DNA from: Craspedostauros australis
Taxonomy: Eukaryota
NCBI GenBank assembly: GCA_030167865.1
Contig: JALAGF010001711.1
Coordinates: forward strand, 1-55,108
Direction: 5' to 3'
DNA: 55,108 nucleotides
This document shows, piece after piece, positions 1-10,703 of this stretch. Below the pieces are notes generated by a model. It made no database searches. It was not told the DNA's origin and saw nothing but the letters and a program-made list of their open reading frames with translations. A program made the translations under genes and the position numbers. The stretch's first letter is position 1. Each line of letters starts with the position of its first letter.

Positions 1-221
1 GCTACGACGATGCAGAGACAAGGAAGCAAGAACAGAGCATGATGAATGAAGAGGGAAGCACCTAAGAGACAACAGGATGCCCCGCGTCGTTACCGCGACA
101 GATGCCTGTCAAGAAAACGAAATCAGAAGAGAAAGTGAGATTGTGCACACAGTTCTAAAACGGTACAGTTTCTAACAGCAGATTAGATCTTAGTACTAAC
201 TATAACCCCGGATTTCCAACA
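1..221 (+). mobile_element. Possible right end of a Ty1/copia (CoDi-type) LTR, truncated by the window start
   Basis: Purine/AT-rich stretch ending in TTCCAACA (214-221), the reverse complement of the common copia LTR start TGTTGGAA. No primer-binding site follows, so it would be a 3' or solo LTR. The other end is not visible. Confidence 0.25.
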
Positions 222-235
222 GATACAATAGAATA

Positions 236-560
236 CTAATCCTCATCGTCTCCATAGTGGGAGACAACTTATCCAGATTCTCAAAGTCTGCATTTTAAGT
301 TTTATGGACCCGTCAGAGTGCTCATTTTTGGACCACTGTTGCACGAGAAATCGTGGAAGGAAAAACGTGAAATGCTGACAGGATGAGCACATTCCTCCAT
401 TCGCCAACAACACCAAAGAACTTCTCGCGAAATACATCACGCCTGGCCACACGTATTCGACCCAGACGACTCCAAGTATTCGATGGTCCATAAAACTTAA
501 AATGTAGGCTTTGCAAATCTTCTTATTTTCTTTCCCGACTATGGAGACTATGGAGATTAG
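236..560. mobile_element. MITE-like element with ~75-bp imperfect terminal inverted repeats
   Basis: 236-310 aligns with the reverse complement of 485-560 at about 61/76 positions by eye, including a perfect CATTTTAAGTTTTATGGACC and GTCTCCATAGT. The spacer has no convincing coding capacity and no clear target-site duplication was seen. Confidence 0.6.
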
Positions 561-1984
561 CGTCATATGCTTGGTTATGCCAATAGCATGACAGTACGGT
601 CACTACAGGATCCTGAAAAAGTGGGCTGCTGTAGGGACTAAAACGTAATCAGGTATAATTTAGCACATTGGTCACAGAGCCCAAGTGTTAGAACGTGATT
701 AAAGGCCATAGTTATAAAGTTATGAGGTGATGAATATGGCCTGGCTATCTCTAATATAATAGGGCCTTTTTGAGTTCGTTAGATTGCGTTGTTCCTCGTC
801 TTGTGAGTTTTTGTCAATAGGGTCCACCTGAGTGGCGGGACCTGCGATCCGTCGCGGAGTGCCTGCAACATCCGAGGCTTTCAACCCAATCACTCACATA
901 CCCTGAAAATAAAGAAAAACATAAGATGCTTAGTGGAGCCCGATTTTGCTGTAAGGCCTTAGTTTCATTTGTACGGGGCTTTGTATATTTGCGATCCTCT
1001 TGGTCGACTATGCATGCTGCTCCGTGACGACGCTGTGGCGTTCCGAAGCCAACACCAAGATGTGCTCAGAAACCTTCGAGAAAAAGACTTTTGGACAGGT
1101 TGCGTGGTCGTGCGACCATGATGCGACTGCGCACGTGCTGCACATTCTCGTCTGTATCTAGATTGCATGAAGATAGGCTGATGAAGCGTCATCGGAGTCG
1201 TTCTCAATGTCGGACTTGGTGGCCGTGCTTCTTTGGGTGGTATGAACGACGGTGGCTACAGGCACCACTGGGTTTGGGTTGAGTCACGCACTCTAAGTCC
1301 GGGTGTCTTTTCGCCTATTTCGCGATTGTTTCGGGTCGTGTCGGTGATTGGCCGACGATAATTGTTATGCACGACTGTTTGGCAACAGAACGTGGATTTA
1401 GGCCTGGATGGAGTTTTCGCGTCTTCCGACAAAACAACAAAGCGCGAAAACTCCAACCACGACAACGATTACGAGTCCAAACCGTGAACTAACAGCAGCA
1501 GCGCGTACGAGGATTGGTGGGAAGGAAGAACATGGTCGTGTGCTGCCATCATCACTTGAGAGGAATCATCGACGGCATCAACCTCAATTCGCGGTATCGC
1601 ATTTGATCCATCACTCGGTCTTGTTGGAAGTGGAGCAGTATTGGATGTCTTCGACTCCGAGGAAGAGGGAACGAGATCGATCGTCAGAAAGGACCAGAAA
1701 CGAGTGTGTTTGTGTCTTTGTGAGGAATTGAAGAGGAGTCGACGCCACTTGGTGCGACCAACAGCAATCGAGAAAGACGGAGCCAACGAATCGCGAAGTC
1801 AAAGAGAGCGGCAACGATCTCGTCGAATGACACAGCGCGGCGCGCTTGTTGATCCTGCGAACCGACACGAGCGTGAAGGTCGTCGAGCAGAGGCGCATTG
1901 CGAAGCCTTCCCTGTCCTTGGTTAGCGGGAGTATCTGCATCAACACGACCCGGGGCTTCAGCGGAACAACGACAACGTTAGAAC

Positions 1985-4601
1985 ATGGAACAGTCGGCCC
2001 CACAGCCCGACTTGGGCCCCGCGAGATCTCTCTCTGCTCCCGTCCACATGACTAGCGACATCGTGCAAGACGGGGATACGCCAGACGCCGCCGCTCACAA
2101 CCAATCCATCGATCCCGACATGCTGCACTACGCGAGCAACCATCAGCCCTTCTCAGCGGACAGCGCAGTCGAGGGTGGGAGCAGCGGCAGCCCGAGGAGC
2201 ACCATGGTGTCTCCCCAGTCGTTGCCATCACCAAACAGTATCGACGATGATTGTGATGATGATTGTGATGATGATGATGATCCAGCAAAAGAACCCAGCT
2301 TTGACAGACATCAGACTGCGGACAACGGATGCAATGCTCATCAATGGCCTCTCCCACACATGTCATCAGGACCTCATTCGATCAGCATGGGCCTGGGATT
2401 GATGCAGCAAAAGTACGAGCTGTCAACGCAGCAAGCTGCCTACGTCGCCACCAAAGCCCCGCTCCCACCAACGACCATCAAGCCACAACTGGCTGCTTCA
2501 CCGATTCGCGCCACGGCTGCAAGCAACCGCAACTTGAGCAAGAGCGCCCATACCACTTCCACAGGCGCCACTTTCATGGGCAGCATCCATTCCCTGCAAC
2601 AGACCAGGAAGGATACCACACCGACGAACAAACTAACGATCGACACCACCAACGTCGCGCACTCCAGCCCAGACCGCTCGTTCCATTCGGAAGAGTGCCG
2701 CCGATCCGGCGAAATGAGCGAGGAATCGATTATCTTCGTCCACGACGATGACGACGACAAGACGCAGCGAACTTCCAACACGAGATCGTGCCTGGAGCAG
2801 CGGTCGTTGGAGGACATGGATCTAGGCACCGAATTCACCGACAGCAGCCATCACCGCTCACTGCAGTTCCATCAGCAGCAATACAGCACCCGCGTCAGCA
2901 GCCTCGAAGATGAGATGGATGCTCGCTGTGCACCGGACGGGCAACACGCAAATTATGGCGTGGCCATCGGTGTCGAAGTTGGCGATGGTAGCGAAGAGCA
3001 TGACCCCACCGGCAACGATCACAGCGATCGTCCCTGCAACGAGCAACACAGCAAAGAAACGATCGATGGGTTCCGCACCAGTGCGCACTACGCAAATATG
3101 GAGAAAGATTCTCAGTTTCCGCATACATCGGGCGGGATCTTTGTCGGAGCTTTCTCTTGCGTGCCCCATCCTAATAGTGAAGAGGCGATTCGATTCAAGG
3201 ATGTTGTCAAGGAGCCCTCTTTCAAGACGACTCAGCCGGACACCGAACCAAAAACAACGGCGATACCGACACCGGAACACAATTACCCGCACGACAGCGA
3301 CCTGAAACCACCCAGAAGCACGCGCAGCTCAAGGAGCCTGCTACTTGCCAACGCGCCATCATCCCGCACCTTGCATTCTACCACATCCAGCGGCACGACG
3401 CAGTCCCGCCGACGGCATCACCTGCCAGATGTGGATGACGAGCCACCGGACAGCATCAACATCCAAACGGGAACTCGCGCCGACCGTTGCATGCCCAGCT
3501 CCTCGGAATGCAAAGCCGTCGCGACAGCGAGCGTCGTGGACGAATCCAACGATCAGCTCAAGGGGGTGGAACGCCGGTTGCGAGCCGAGTTTCAGCAAGA
3601 AGCCGTGAGGATATCCGAAGAAGTGTGCAAGAGCATCTTTGCCGAAGCAGCCGTGGGCACCGTTATGGACCAGGGCGATGAGGCGATCCACGTGGATCAG
3701 CAGTGCCAAGATCACAACAACAGCAGCAAAGGCGATGACGATGACGATGATCTCGAGCAACAGTCCAACACGCAACCAAAGCACGAAGGTGAAGTGATGA
3801 CATCGCAGCCAAGTCGCAAGATGTCCATCCTCATGGTGTGCGTCTGTCTCTTTGTCGTCGCAGTACTGGTGGGCGGTATCGTGTTCTTTGTCTTCAAGAA
3901 CGATGATGGTGATGCCAGCGCTGATGACAGTCTTGAGAATACAACCATCACGTCAAATCGCAACAACAACTCAACACAAACTGTCGGAGGAGATCTCACG
4001 AACCAAGGAGGATCCGAAATGCCGAGTTACGTCATGAGGTACATGTACGGAATCATCGTGAAGGACGCGCTCGTGCAGTCCATCCCGCCGGCTGCATACG
4101 TCCCTGATCTCATCAGCATGATGGATACAGTGGCGATGCGCACCATGAACGAAACTGCTCCGGGTCCCAACCACCGCGCATTGTGGTCATCGGATGTCGA
4201 CGTGAAGCTTCCCACGATCGTGGAGTCTGTGACCAAGGTTGGTAAGTATCACGTGTCCCATCCCACAACAGCACATTTGTTCTCATCGGATCACATGCAC
4301 TCACACATTCGTGCCATTCGCACATGCGCATTACGTCTCTGTACCATAATTGTGTGTGTGATCTCAAACAACAGATTGCTCCGAGGAGATGTTCGTCAAC
4401 GCCACGTTAAGAACGGACCGTTGCGAAGAAGTCGTCGCTGCGGTGGAAATGATGACAACCAAGAACCTCGCATTCATCAACCATTACTTCGCAGAAGTCA
4501 AGCAAGTGTTGATGGAGGGACAGCCACAAGAGATCTTGCAATCCATCAACCCAACAACGCCTGTTGTGATGCTTGGATACATTGACAAGATAGTGCCATG
4601 A
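1985..4601 (+). CDS. Single-pass membrane protein, ~827 aa, long disordered N-terminus and small C-terminal Cys-containing domain; exons 1985-4241 and 4375-4601
   Basis: Long ORF with a hydrophobic segment ILMVCVCLFVVAVLVGGIVFFVF (~3827-3895). Splicing GTAAGT (4242) to CAG (4374) joins it in frame (G+AT=Asp) to the 4389..4601 ORF. Confidence 0.8.
4242..4374 (+). other. Spliceosomal intron, 133 nt
   Basis: GTAAGT donor, AACAG acceptor; removal restores frame between two ORFs. Confidence 0.8.
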
Positions 4602-5233
4602 TTGTGGCAATTTTCATTCCATCCCGATTGCGCTACTTTACGTTCAATGCATCCAATGTGCATCCTCCAACATACAAAATAGAACAGTTATACACCACCA
4701 TGCACGTACCATACTATACTCTATCAGAAGTTCTGTTCGGGCCAAGCCGCGCAAGAACGGTACGCGTACCTAAGCATGTCACGATTTGCAATCCAACGAA
4801 GGTGCATCTCTGTCTCTCTCTTTCCACATCAGGCTCTCATTCGCGATCTTTCCAAAATCGCCATGAGCGCGCATACGAGTACAAGCACACAATTGCGGGT
4901 ACGTAAGCATCGGTGCTACGCTGGGAACGAGCATTACAGACTGAAGTTGAGTAATCATTAGGAGAGTGCTTTTATATGATGTATCATGTCTTGCATAGTC
5001 GTATTGTACGATTAAAGTTACAATGCACACAAACGTGTTTGCGCATCATTATGGATGAATGGAGTGTGTGCTCGCTGAATGTGTTTCTGTTTGGTGATGA
5101 ATTCACCAAAGCACCGGTCACGAGCTCGGTGGTTGGTTGATTGGAGTGTTATCTTGTGGGTCGCGGTACTCGCATGGTGGAGTACCATGGACCAAGTTGA
5201 TACCGAGCGCACCGTCGGACTGCGTCCTTCAGA

Positions 5234-7597
5234 CTACGATTCCACCTTGCTGGTGAGATGGGAGAAGAATCCACCAAACCGGCTGCCGATGGAATGTCCG
5301 CTGCGGTCCAAGGACATTTCGTCGTTCCTGTTGTGCCGGCGCTTGCTGATCATGTCTGCGTTGACGTTGATCGCTGCATTGCCGTCGTTCTCGCCAGCAA
5401 CATCGTTGTTGCCATCGGTGGTGTTGTCGTTGTTGCCATCGTCTGGTGGTGTCGACGAAAATGGCATGCTACGACGTCTTGGACGGTACCGGCGCAGTTC
5501 GCGGTCCATGCATTCGATGCGCTCTTCCTTTTGCGCCAGTTGATGCGACAGGGAATCGCATTGGTTCACCAGCTCGGACTTGATGAGCTTGGACTCTTCT
5601 CGCATGGCCTCCATCTCCTGCTGCATTTCGGGGATGGCGCCGCCCTTTTCGATCTTTTGGATGTAGGCCTTGAGGCTTGCGATTTCGTCCTTCTGCTCTT
5701 GGATGAGGCTATCCTTTTGCACGATCTCTTGGCTGGCGCACGCCATCTCTCCCTTGAGGAAGAGGCGGGAGGCGGCGGGTCCGCCAAGGCCGCTGCTCGC
5801 GACAGCGCCGGAGGCAGCATCGTTCCGCTTGGCCTGCTGCAGCTGATCGTTGGCATCGTTGACTTGATCTTGCAATGTGAAAACTTCCTGTTCCAACTGC
5901 GTGACTTGCAGCGTGAAGGTTTCATTCTTCATCTGCTCCTTCTGCAGCAGCATATCGTACCGTTCCTTCTCCTTGACGAAATCGCCGCGCTGCTGTTGCA
6001 GATGGCGCTTCTCCTCGCACAGGACCTTTTCGATCTGCTGCACGTTCTTCTCGCGCTGATCGACGTAGGAGTCGCCGCCGTGCGTCATGGTGGATCGCGT
6101 GGCGCGCAGATCGTCAAAGTAGATGTTGAGCTCATCCAGCCGGCTTTGCCACGCATCTTCCTTCGCCTTGATCTGCGTCTCGCGCGTTGCGAGGTCCTTC
6201 TCCCACAACGAAAGGCATTGCTCACGCGCCGACGTGGCCTTGTCTTCCGCCTTGAGCTCTTCCTTGGCTTCTTGCACGGCCAGGCTGAAGTCGTCGCACG
6301 AAAGGTCGTCGAGGCAGGAATGGACGGAGCGGTTGGTCCGGTTGTCGATGACGGTCTTCGGGATGTCGTTGTGCTCGTTGTCGCTGATCTCGACGTCGTA
6401 CTCATCGTCGTCGTCGTCATCGTCCGTGGAAAGCAAGTCCACGGAGGTGCCGAGCGATGGATTGGAATGCTCGCTGGCCCCGATCTTGCTGCGACGGCGT
6501 TTGGCGCGTGCCTTGCGTCGCTTCTTGCTGTCTCGCTTTGGGGACTTGGCCGCAGAGCGATCCTTGCGGTTGCGGCGATCTTTGCGACGCTTCCGTCTGG
6601 CTTCGCTTTTGCTGGTCTTGACCGACAGGACGTCGCTGATGTCGTCGTCGTTGAAGGCGTAGAGGGTGTCATCGTCGGTGCCGCTGTCATTGTCATTGTG
6701 GTCGTTGTTGACGCCGTTGTTCAGGTCGTCATTGTGGTCGTCATTGAGGCCGGTGCTGTAGTACGGTGACGCTGATCCTGTGGTTTGAACATGAAGTGAG
6801 GAGGGAACTTCGAGCTGATCGAGCTCCTGCGTCGGCCTTCTGCCCCGCATCTTCCTGGACTTCTTCTTGCTCTTGGAGGTGGCCATGCTTCTGGAACCGC
6901 CCAAGGAGAGAGCGTCGAGAGATCGAGTGGCGGAGACGACGGAGGCATCGTCATCCACAGAACGTCCGGACGATTTCTTGCTTCTGGAGGACTTCTTCTT
7001 TGCGTCCCTGGCGGTCTTGGATGATTTCTTCTTCTTGCTCTTCTTCGCCCTTGTGTTGGTCGTGCAGATGCTCTTCGAGCCAAGCGTGCACACGGACTTG
7101 GTGCTGCCCAGCTTCTTGATCTTCGTTCCGGACTTCTTGGCAGGAGAGGAGGACGAAGCAGCAGAGTTGGTGATGAAATTCGAAAGGCTCTCCTTCACCT
7201 TGTCCCTGTTGGCAGCCTCGCCATGGTCGCCACCTTTGCCCACCTCCGTCCGCAGCGTTCGTTGCGATCTCGTTCGTGGCTTCGCGTGAGCAACTTCGGT
7301 CGAATCATTGGCGTAGGAGTTGCAGGAGTGCATCGTCGCTGTCATGAGGGTGTTGCTGCTCGTCTCCACGAAGCTCATGTGCGACTTGGGCTGTCGCTTC
7401 TGCTTCTTCGGTCGCAGCCGTCCGATGCTCCTCGACCGCACCATGTTGACGAGCGATCTGGCGCGGCTGCGGCTGCGCGATCGCCGTTCCACCTTCTTGT
7501 CATCTGGCAGCTCGTACGTGTTGTCCTTGCTCAGGTCAAAGTCGCGGTCCAGGCTGCGATGCGATCCTTCGCGGAACATCTTCGTGAGGCCTCTCAT
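5234..7597 (-). CDS. Hypothetical 787-aa protein: Lys/Arg/Ser-rich N-half, acidic tract, C-terminal coiled coil
   Basis: Long ATG-initiated ORF with coding-type codon bias. Basic clusters (KKSKKKKSSK, RRKRRKDRR), poly-Asp, then an E/Q/K/L heptad-rich region. Confidence 0.8.
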   Translation of the reverse strand: MRGLTKMFREGSHRSLDRDFDLSKDNTYELPDDKKVERRSRSRSRARSLVNMVRSRSIGRLRPKKQKRQPKSHMSFVETSSNTLMTATMHSCNSYANDSTEVAHAKPRTRSQRTLRTEVGKGGDHGEAANRDKVKESLSNFITNSAASSSSPAKKSGTKIKKLGSTKSVCTLGSKSICTTNTRAKKSKKKKSSKTARDAKKKSSRSKKSSGRSVDDDASVVSATRSLDALSLGGSRSMATSKSKKKSRKMRGRRPTQELDQLEVPSSLHVQTTGSASPYYSTGLNDDHNDDLNNGVNNDHNDNDSGTDDDTLYAFNDDDISDVLSVKTSKSEARRKRRKDRRNRKDRSAAKSPKRDSKKRRKARAKRRRSKIGASEHSNPSLGTSVDLLSTDDDDDDDEYDVEISDNEHNDIPKTVIDNRTNRSVHSCLDDLSCDDFSLAVQEAKEELKAEDKATSAREQCLSLWEKDLATRETQIKAKEDAWQSRLDELNIYFDDLRATRSTMTHGGDSYVDQREKNVQQIEKVLCEEKRHLQQQRGDFVKEKERYDMLLQKEQMKNETFTLQVTQLEQEVFTLQDQVNDANDQLQQAKRNDAASGAVASSGLGGPAASRLFLKGEMACASQEIVQKDSLIQEQKDEIASLKAYIQKIEKGGAIPEMQQEMEAMREESKLIKSELVNQCDSLSHQLAQKEERIECMDRELRRYRPRRRSMPFSSTPPDDGNNDNTTDGNNDVAGENDGNAAINVNADMISKRRHNRNDEMSLDRSGHSIGSRFGGFFSHLTSKVES

Positions 7598-8578
7598 CGT
7601 GTATGACTATGGAGCCGTCTCGTGTCGCAGAGGAGGACAGCAATGAAGATGGCGCCAATTCTCGGTTTGGCTGTTGCCTATTATAGTATACTCCTCGATC
7701 AATTATTCGAGTAGGTATGTTTATGATCACGGATGCAGCGTCTAGATCTTGGTCGATGCTTTCTCAATCCCGTACCAGTTGTCGATCGAGTATGATCTCG
7801 TGCGCAACGGCTCCAGCTTCTCTGCTTTGCGCGTGCGATTATGTGTGCCTGTCGCAATGGCTTCACACAGCAAGAAAGAAATGAAAACCATGATGTTTGT
7901 TTCGTCAAATGGATTCTCGAGGAGCCTCATCACTCCTTTACTTGAATTTCTGTTCGTGGCTCGCAACACCACGACCACGTCCGCGACGGGACGGGACGAT
8001 AATTTGCAGGCGCGTCCAACACAACAACACGCAACCTGTTGCCACGATCGTATCACGAATCGCTTCTTCCGCTTTGCCTGCTTCACCAGCATGCGCTGAG
8101 CAAGGAGTAATTTCGTCGTTTCGTGCATCAGTTCAGAAAAGCAAGGGCACATCCGAATCGTGTCGCATGGCTTAACTCGTGCTTGACGGCCAATTATGAC
8201 TGGTAGCGCCCTGTCAAAGAACTCCATAAGAGGCATTTGTTGAATTATCACGTGGAAGAATGTCCGAAAGAAAAAGACATCTTCCTGGGCCTTTCCTTGA
8301 AGCCGTTCCGAAAACAACAAACACGCCCAAGTACTTTTCTTGCTTCCGAGCTGAAGCCCAATCGCGAAACCAATCAGCTCGCTTTCGATTGGTTGGACCC
8401 AATGTCATTATCAAGAGTGTCCTTTTTATCCATTCGCATCAATTCAACAAATAGCCATTACTTACGTCTGTACATTCACCCGTTCAGAAATCCAACGGTC
8501 GAATCCCATTTTTCAGACGTGTGTTCACTCAAAAGCAATCGTACCACATGGAATTTGCCCGTCAAACCAACGCGCGCA

Positions 8579-8756
8579 GCTCACATTTTTGGCAAGCTGT
8601 CACAAGATCCACAACAACGGTCCTATCGCCAACATCCGCCACACTGACTATCAGCCATCATCAGCAACAACAAGACCGTCCACACTGACAATTCGTGCCA
8701 ACATCGACAAAATCCTCCACCGAGGTTCCCAAGTCTCAACCCCTGGCCAAACTCGA
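8579..8756 (+). promoter_or_regulatory. Conserved non-coding block upstream of silaffin-like gene copy 1
   Basis: Shares ordered motifs GCTCACATTTTTGGCA, GTCACAAGAT, ATCGCCAACA, TCGTGCnAACAnCGACAAAA, TTCCCAAGTCnCAACC and TGGCCAAACTCGA with the reverse complement of 54651-54821. Regulatory function is inferred. Confidence 0.65.
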
Positions 8757-9219
8757 AGGTCGATGACCGATTCAGCTCTTCCATCAGGCATCTGTGATGC
8801 CCAAAGACGGGACTCGTACGGATGGCGGCCGCGTGCGCAGAGGAGGCATGTACTCTGTGTGCGTATGCGTGCCTGAGGGTGATGCTATGTGCATTGGCGA
8901 CTCCGCTGTGGCGCAGGAGAGGATTGAGGTGCATGAGGATGTTGCGTTTTGTGAGGATGATGTCGCGGTGCATGCAGACGTTGCGGTACATGAGAACATG
9001 CCCTTCTCATGGCTCCAAGTTGCAACGGATAGATCAACGGCTCCTTCGATCAACCAGCTCCCTTGTCAGAAATTCAATCGCAGCAGCAGCAGTAACAGCG
9101 GTCGCAGTACCAACATCAACTCTCTCTCTCTCTCTCGCACACACTCGCATACATAACCAAGAGACCCAACGACACGCACTACACATCCCAATCACAGCTC
9201 TGCCAATCACCTGCCAACC

Positions 9220-10703
9220 ATGAGAATCTCTCCGCTCTCCCTTCTCTTCGTCGCCCTTTCCAACGTCGCCATGACGAACGGTCAGGAGCCAAGCAGTACT
9301 CCATCGGAACTACCATCAATTCTTCCATCTGCAGTGCCATCCATATCGGTAGCCCCGTCGGTAACGCCGTCGGCGACACCATCGGCTGCACCATCAACTG
9401 CACCATCGGGTACACCATCGGTTGCACCATCGACCGCACCATCTGGTGTCCCCTCCGGTGCTTCGGCGTCCGCGATGCCATCGGTTACACCGTCGGTTGC
9501 ACCATCGGCTGCACCGTCGGTTGCGCCATCAAGTGTTCCAACGGCTCTTGCGTCAGCTGCACCTTCCAGCGTCCCCTCCAGCGCTTCGGCGACCGCGTCG
9601 CCGACGACCGTACCGTCGACCGCACCATCGAGCATCCCATCGTTCACATTATCCACCGTACCATCGGCCACGCCGTCAACCCTGCCTTCGTCCGTGCCAA
9701 CGAGGACATCAGCGCCAACTGCCACCTTGTCGGACACGCCCTCTCTCAACCCAACGGTATCGACCTCCCCATCCACACAGCCATCTGTCTCCCCGACCGA
9801 CCTGCCAACCATCAGCTCGAGGCCAACAATGAACATGACCAGCGCGCCGACCATGGCCAACATGACCACATCGATGCCAACATCCATCAACATGACCGAC
9901 ACCAACACGTCAACGCCAACGCTCATGCCGGTCTTCACAGCTGCTCCAACCATGAAGAGCATCAAGTCCAGCAAGGCACCAAAGTCCAGCAAGGCGCCAG
10001 AATCCAGCAAGGTGCCAAAGTCCGAGAAGACATCTAAGTCGGAGAAGTCAGACAAGTCCACGAAGGAGCCCAGCGATTTGGACACTTCCAAGAGCACCAA
10101 GGCACCTACCAGCTCCAACGACTCCAGCTCCAGCCTCGGCAACATGACGCCCAAGACGCCAAAGTCGTGGAAATCCTCAAAGGTCACCAAGGAGCCAAGC
10201 TGGAGCAGCGACAGCACGGACGCCATCTTCGACGTGCCAAAGACCCCCAAGAACAGCAAGACCAGCAAGACGTCGAAGGATTTCACCATTGCCATCGTCA
10301 ACGCTAGCTCCACCGCCACCGCGAGCCTCAGCTCCACCAAGGTGCCAAAGGCTTCCAGCTCCTCAAAAACATCGAAGGGTTCATCGAGCGCCATGGCTCC
10401 AACCGCCGGATCAGGGAGCCTGCCGACACCGATCGTCGGCACAAACAAATCATCAAAGAATAGCTCCGTGGATAGCTCCATCCAGAGTTCGAAGGAGAGC
10501 TCCAAGGATTCCAAGAGCGCAAAGGTACGTCAAATCTGAAGCCTACGCTACAGTTAACCCTCCTTGTGTATGTGTGTGTGTGTGTGCCTCGATCGATCGA
10601 ATAGCCAACAATCAAGCACTCACCCTCACCTTCCATCCATTCATCAAACCCCATCTTTTCGTGACTTCCTCATTACCTCCTCCTACATCTGCATGTACAG
10701 TAA
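9220..10703 (+). CDS. Secreted silaffin/mucin-like protein (signal peptide, PSxxPS repeats, Ser/Lys KxxK domain); exon 9220-10524, probable intron 10525-10700, stop 10701-10703 (unspliced ORF ends 10539)
   Basis: MRISPLSLLFVALSNVAMTNG signal peptide, many PSxx tetrapeptide repeats, and KSIKSSKAPKSSK (5 Lys in 13 aa). A phase-0 AAG|GTACGT donor and TACAG|TAA acceptor are present. Confidence 0.8.

Noticed and set aside
4242-4585. C-terminal ~114 aa of the 866-aa ORF-track protein
   Set aside because: Read-through of an intron into the wrong frame; the spliced frame gives a more protein-like domain.
5258-6769. 503-aa + strand ORF overlapping the 787-aa gene
   Set aside because: Antisense shadow rich in V/L/D/A caused by the codon bias of the real minus-strand gene; no motifs.
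9282-10514. 410-aa minus ORF with DGAVDG repeats (and 53557-54435 on +)
   Set aside because: Mirror of the PSxx repeats; the opposite strand carries the signal peptide, conserved upstream block and splice donor.
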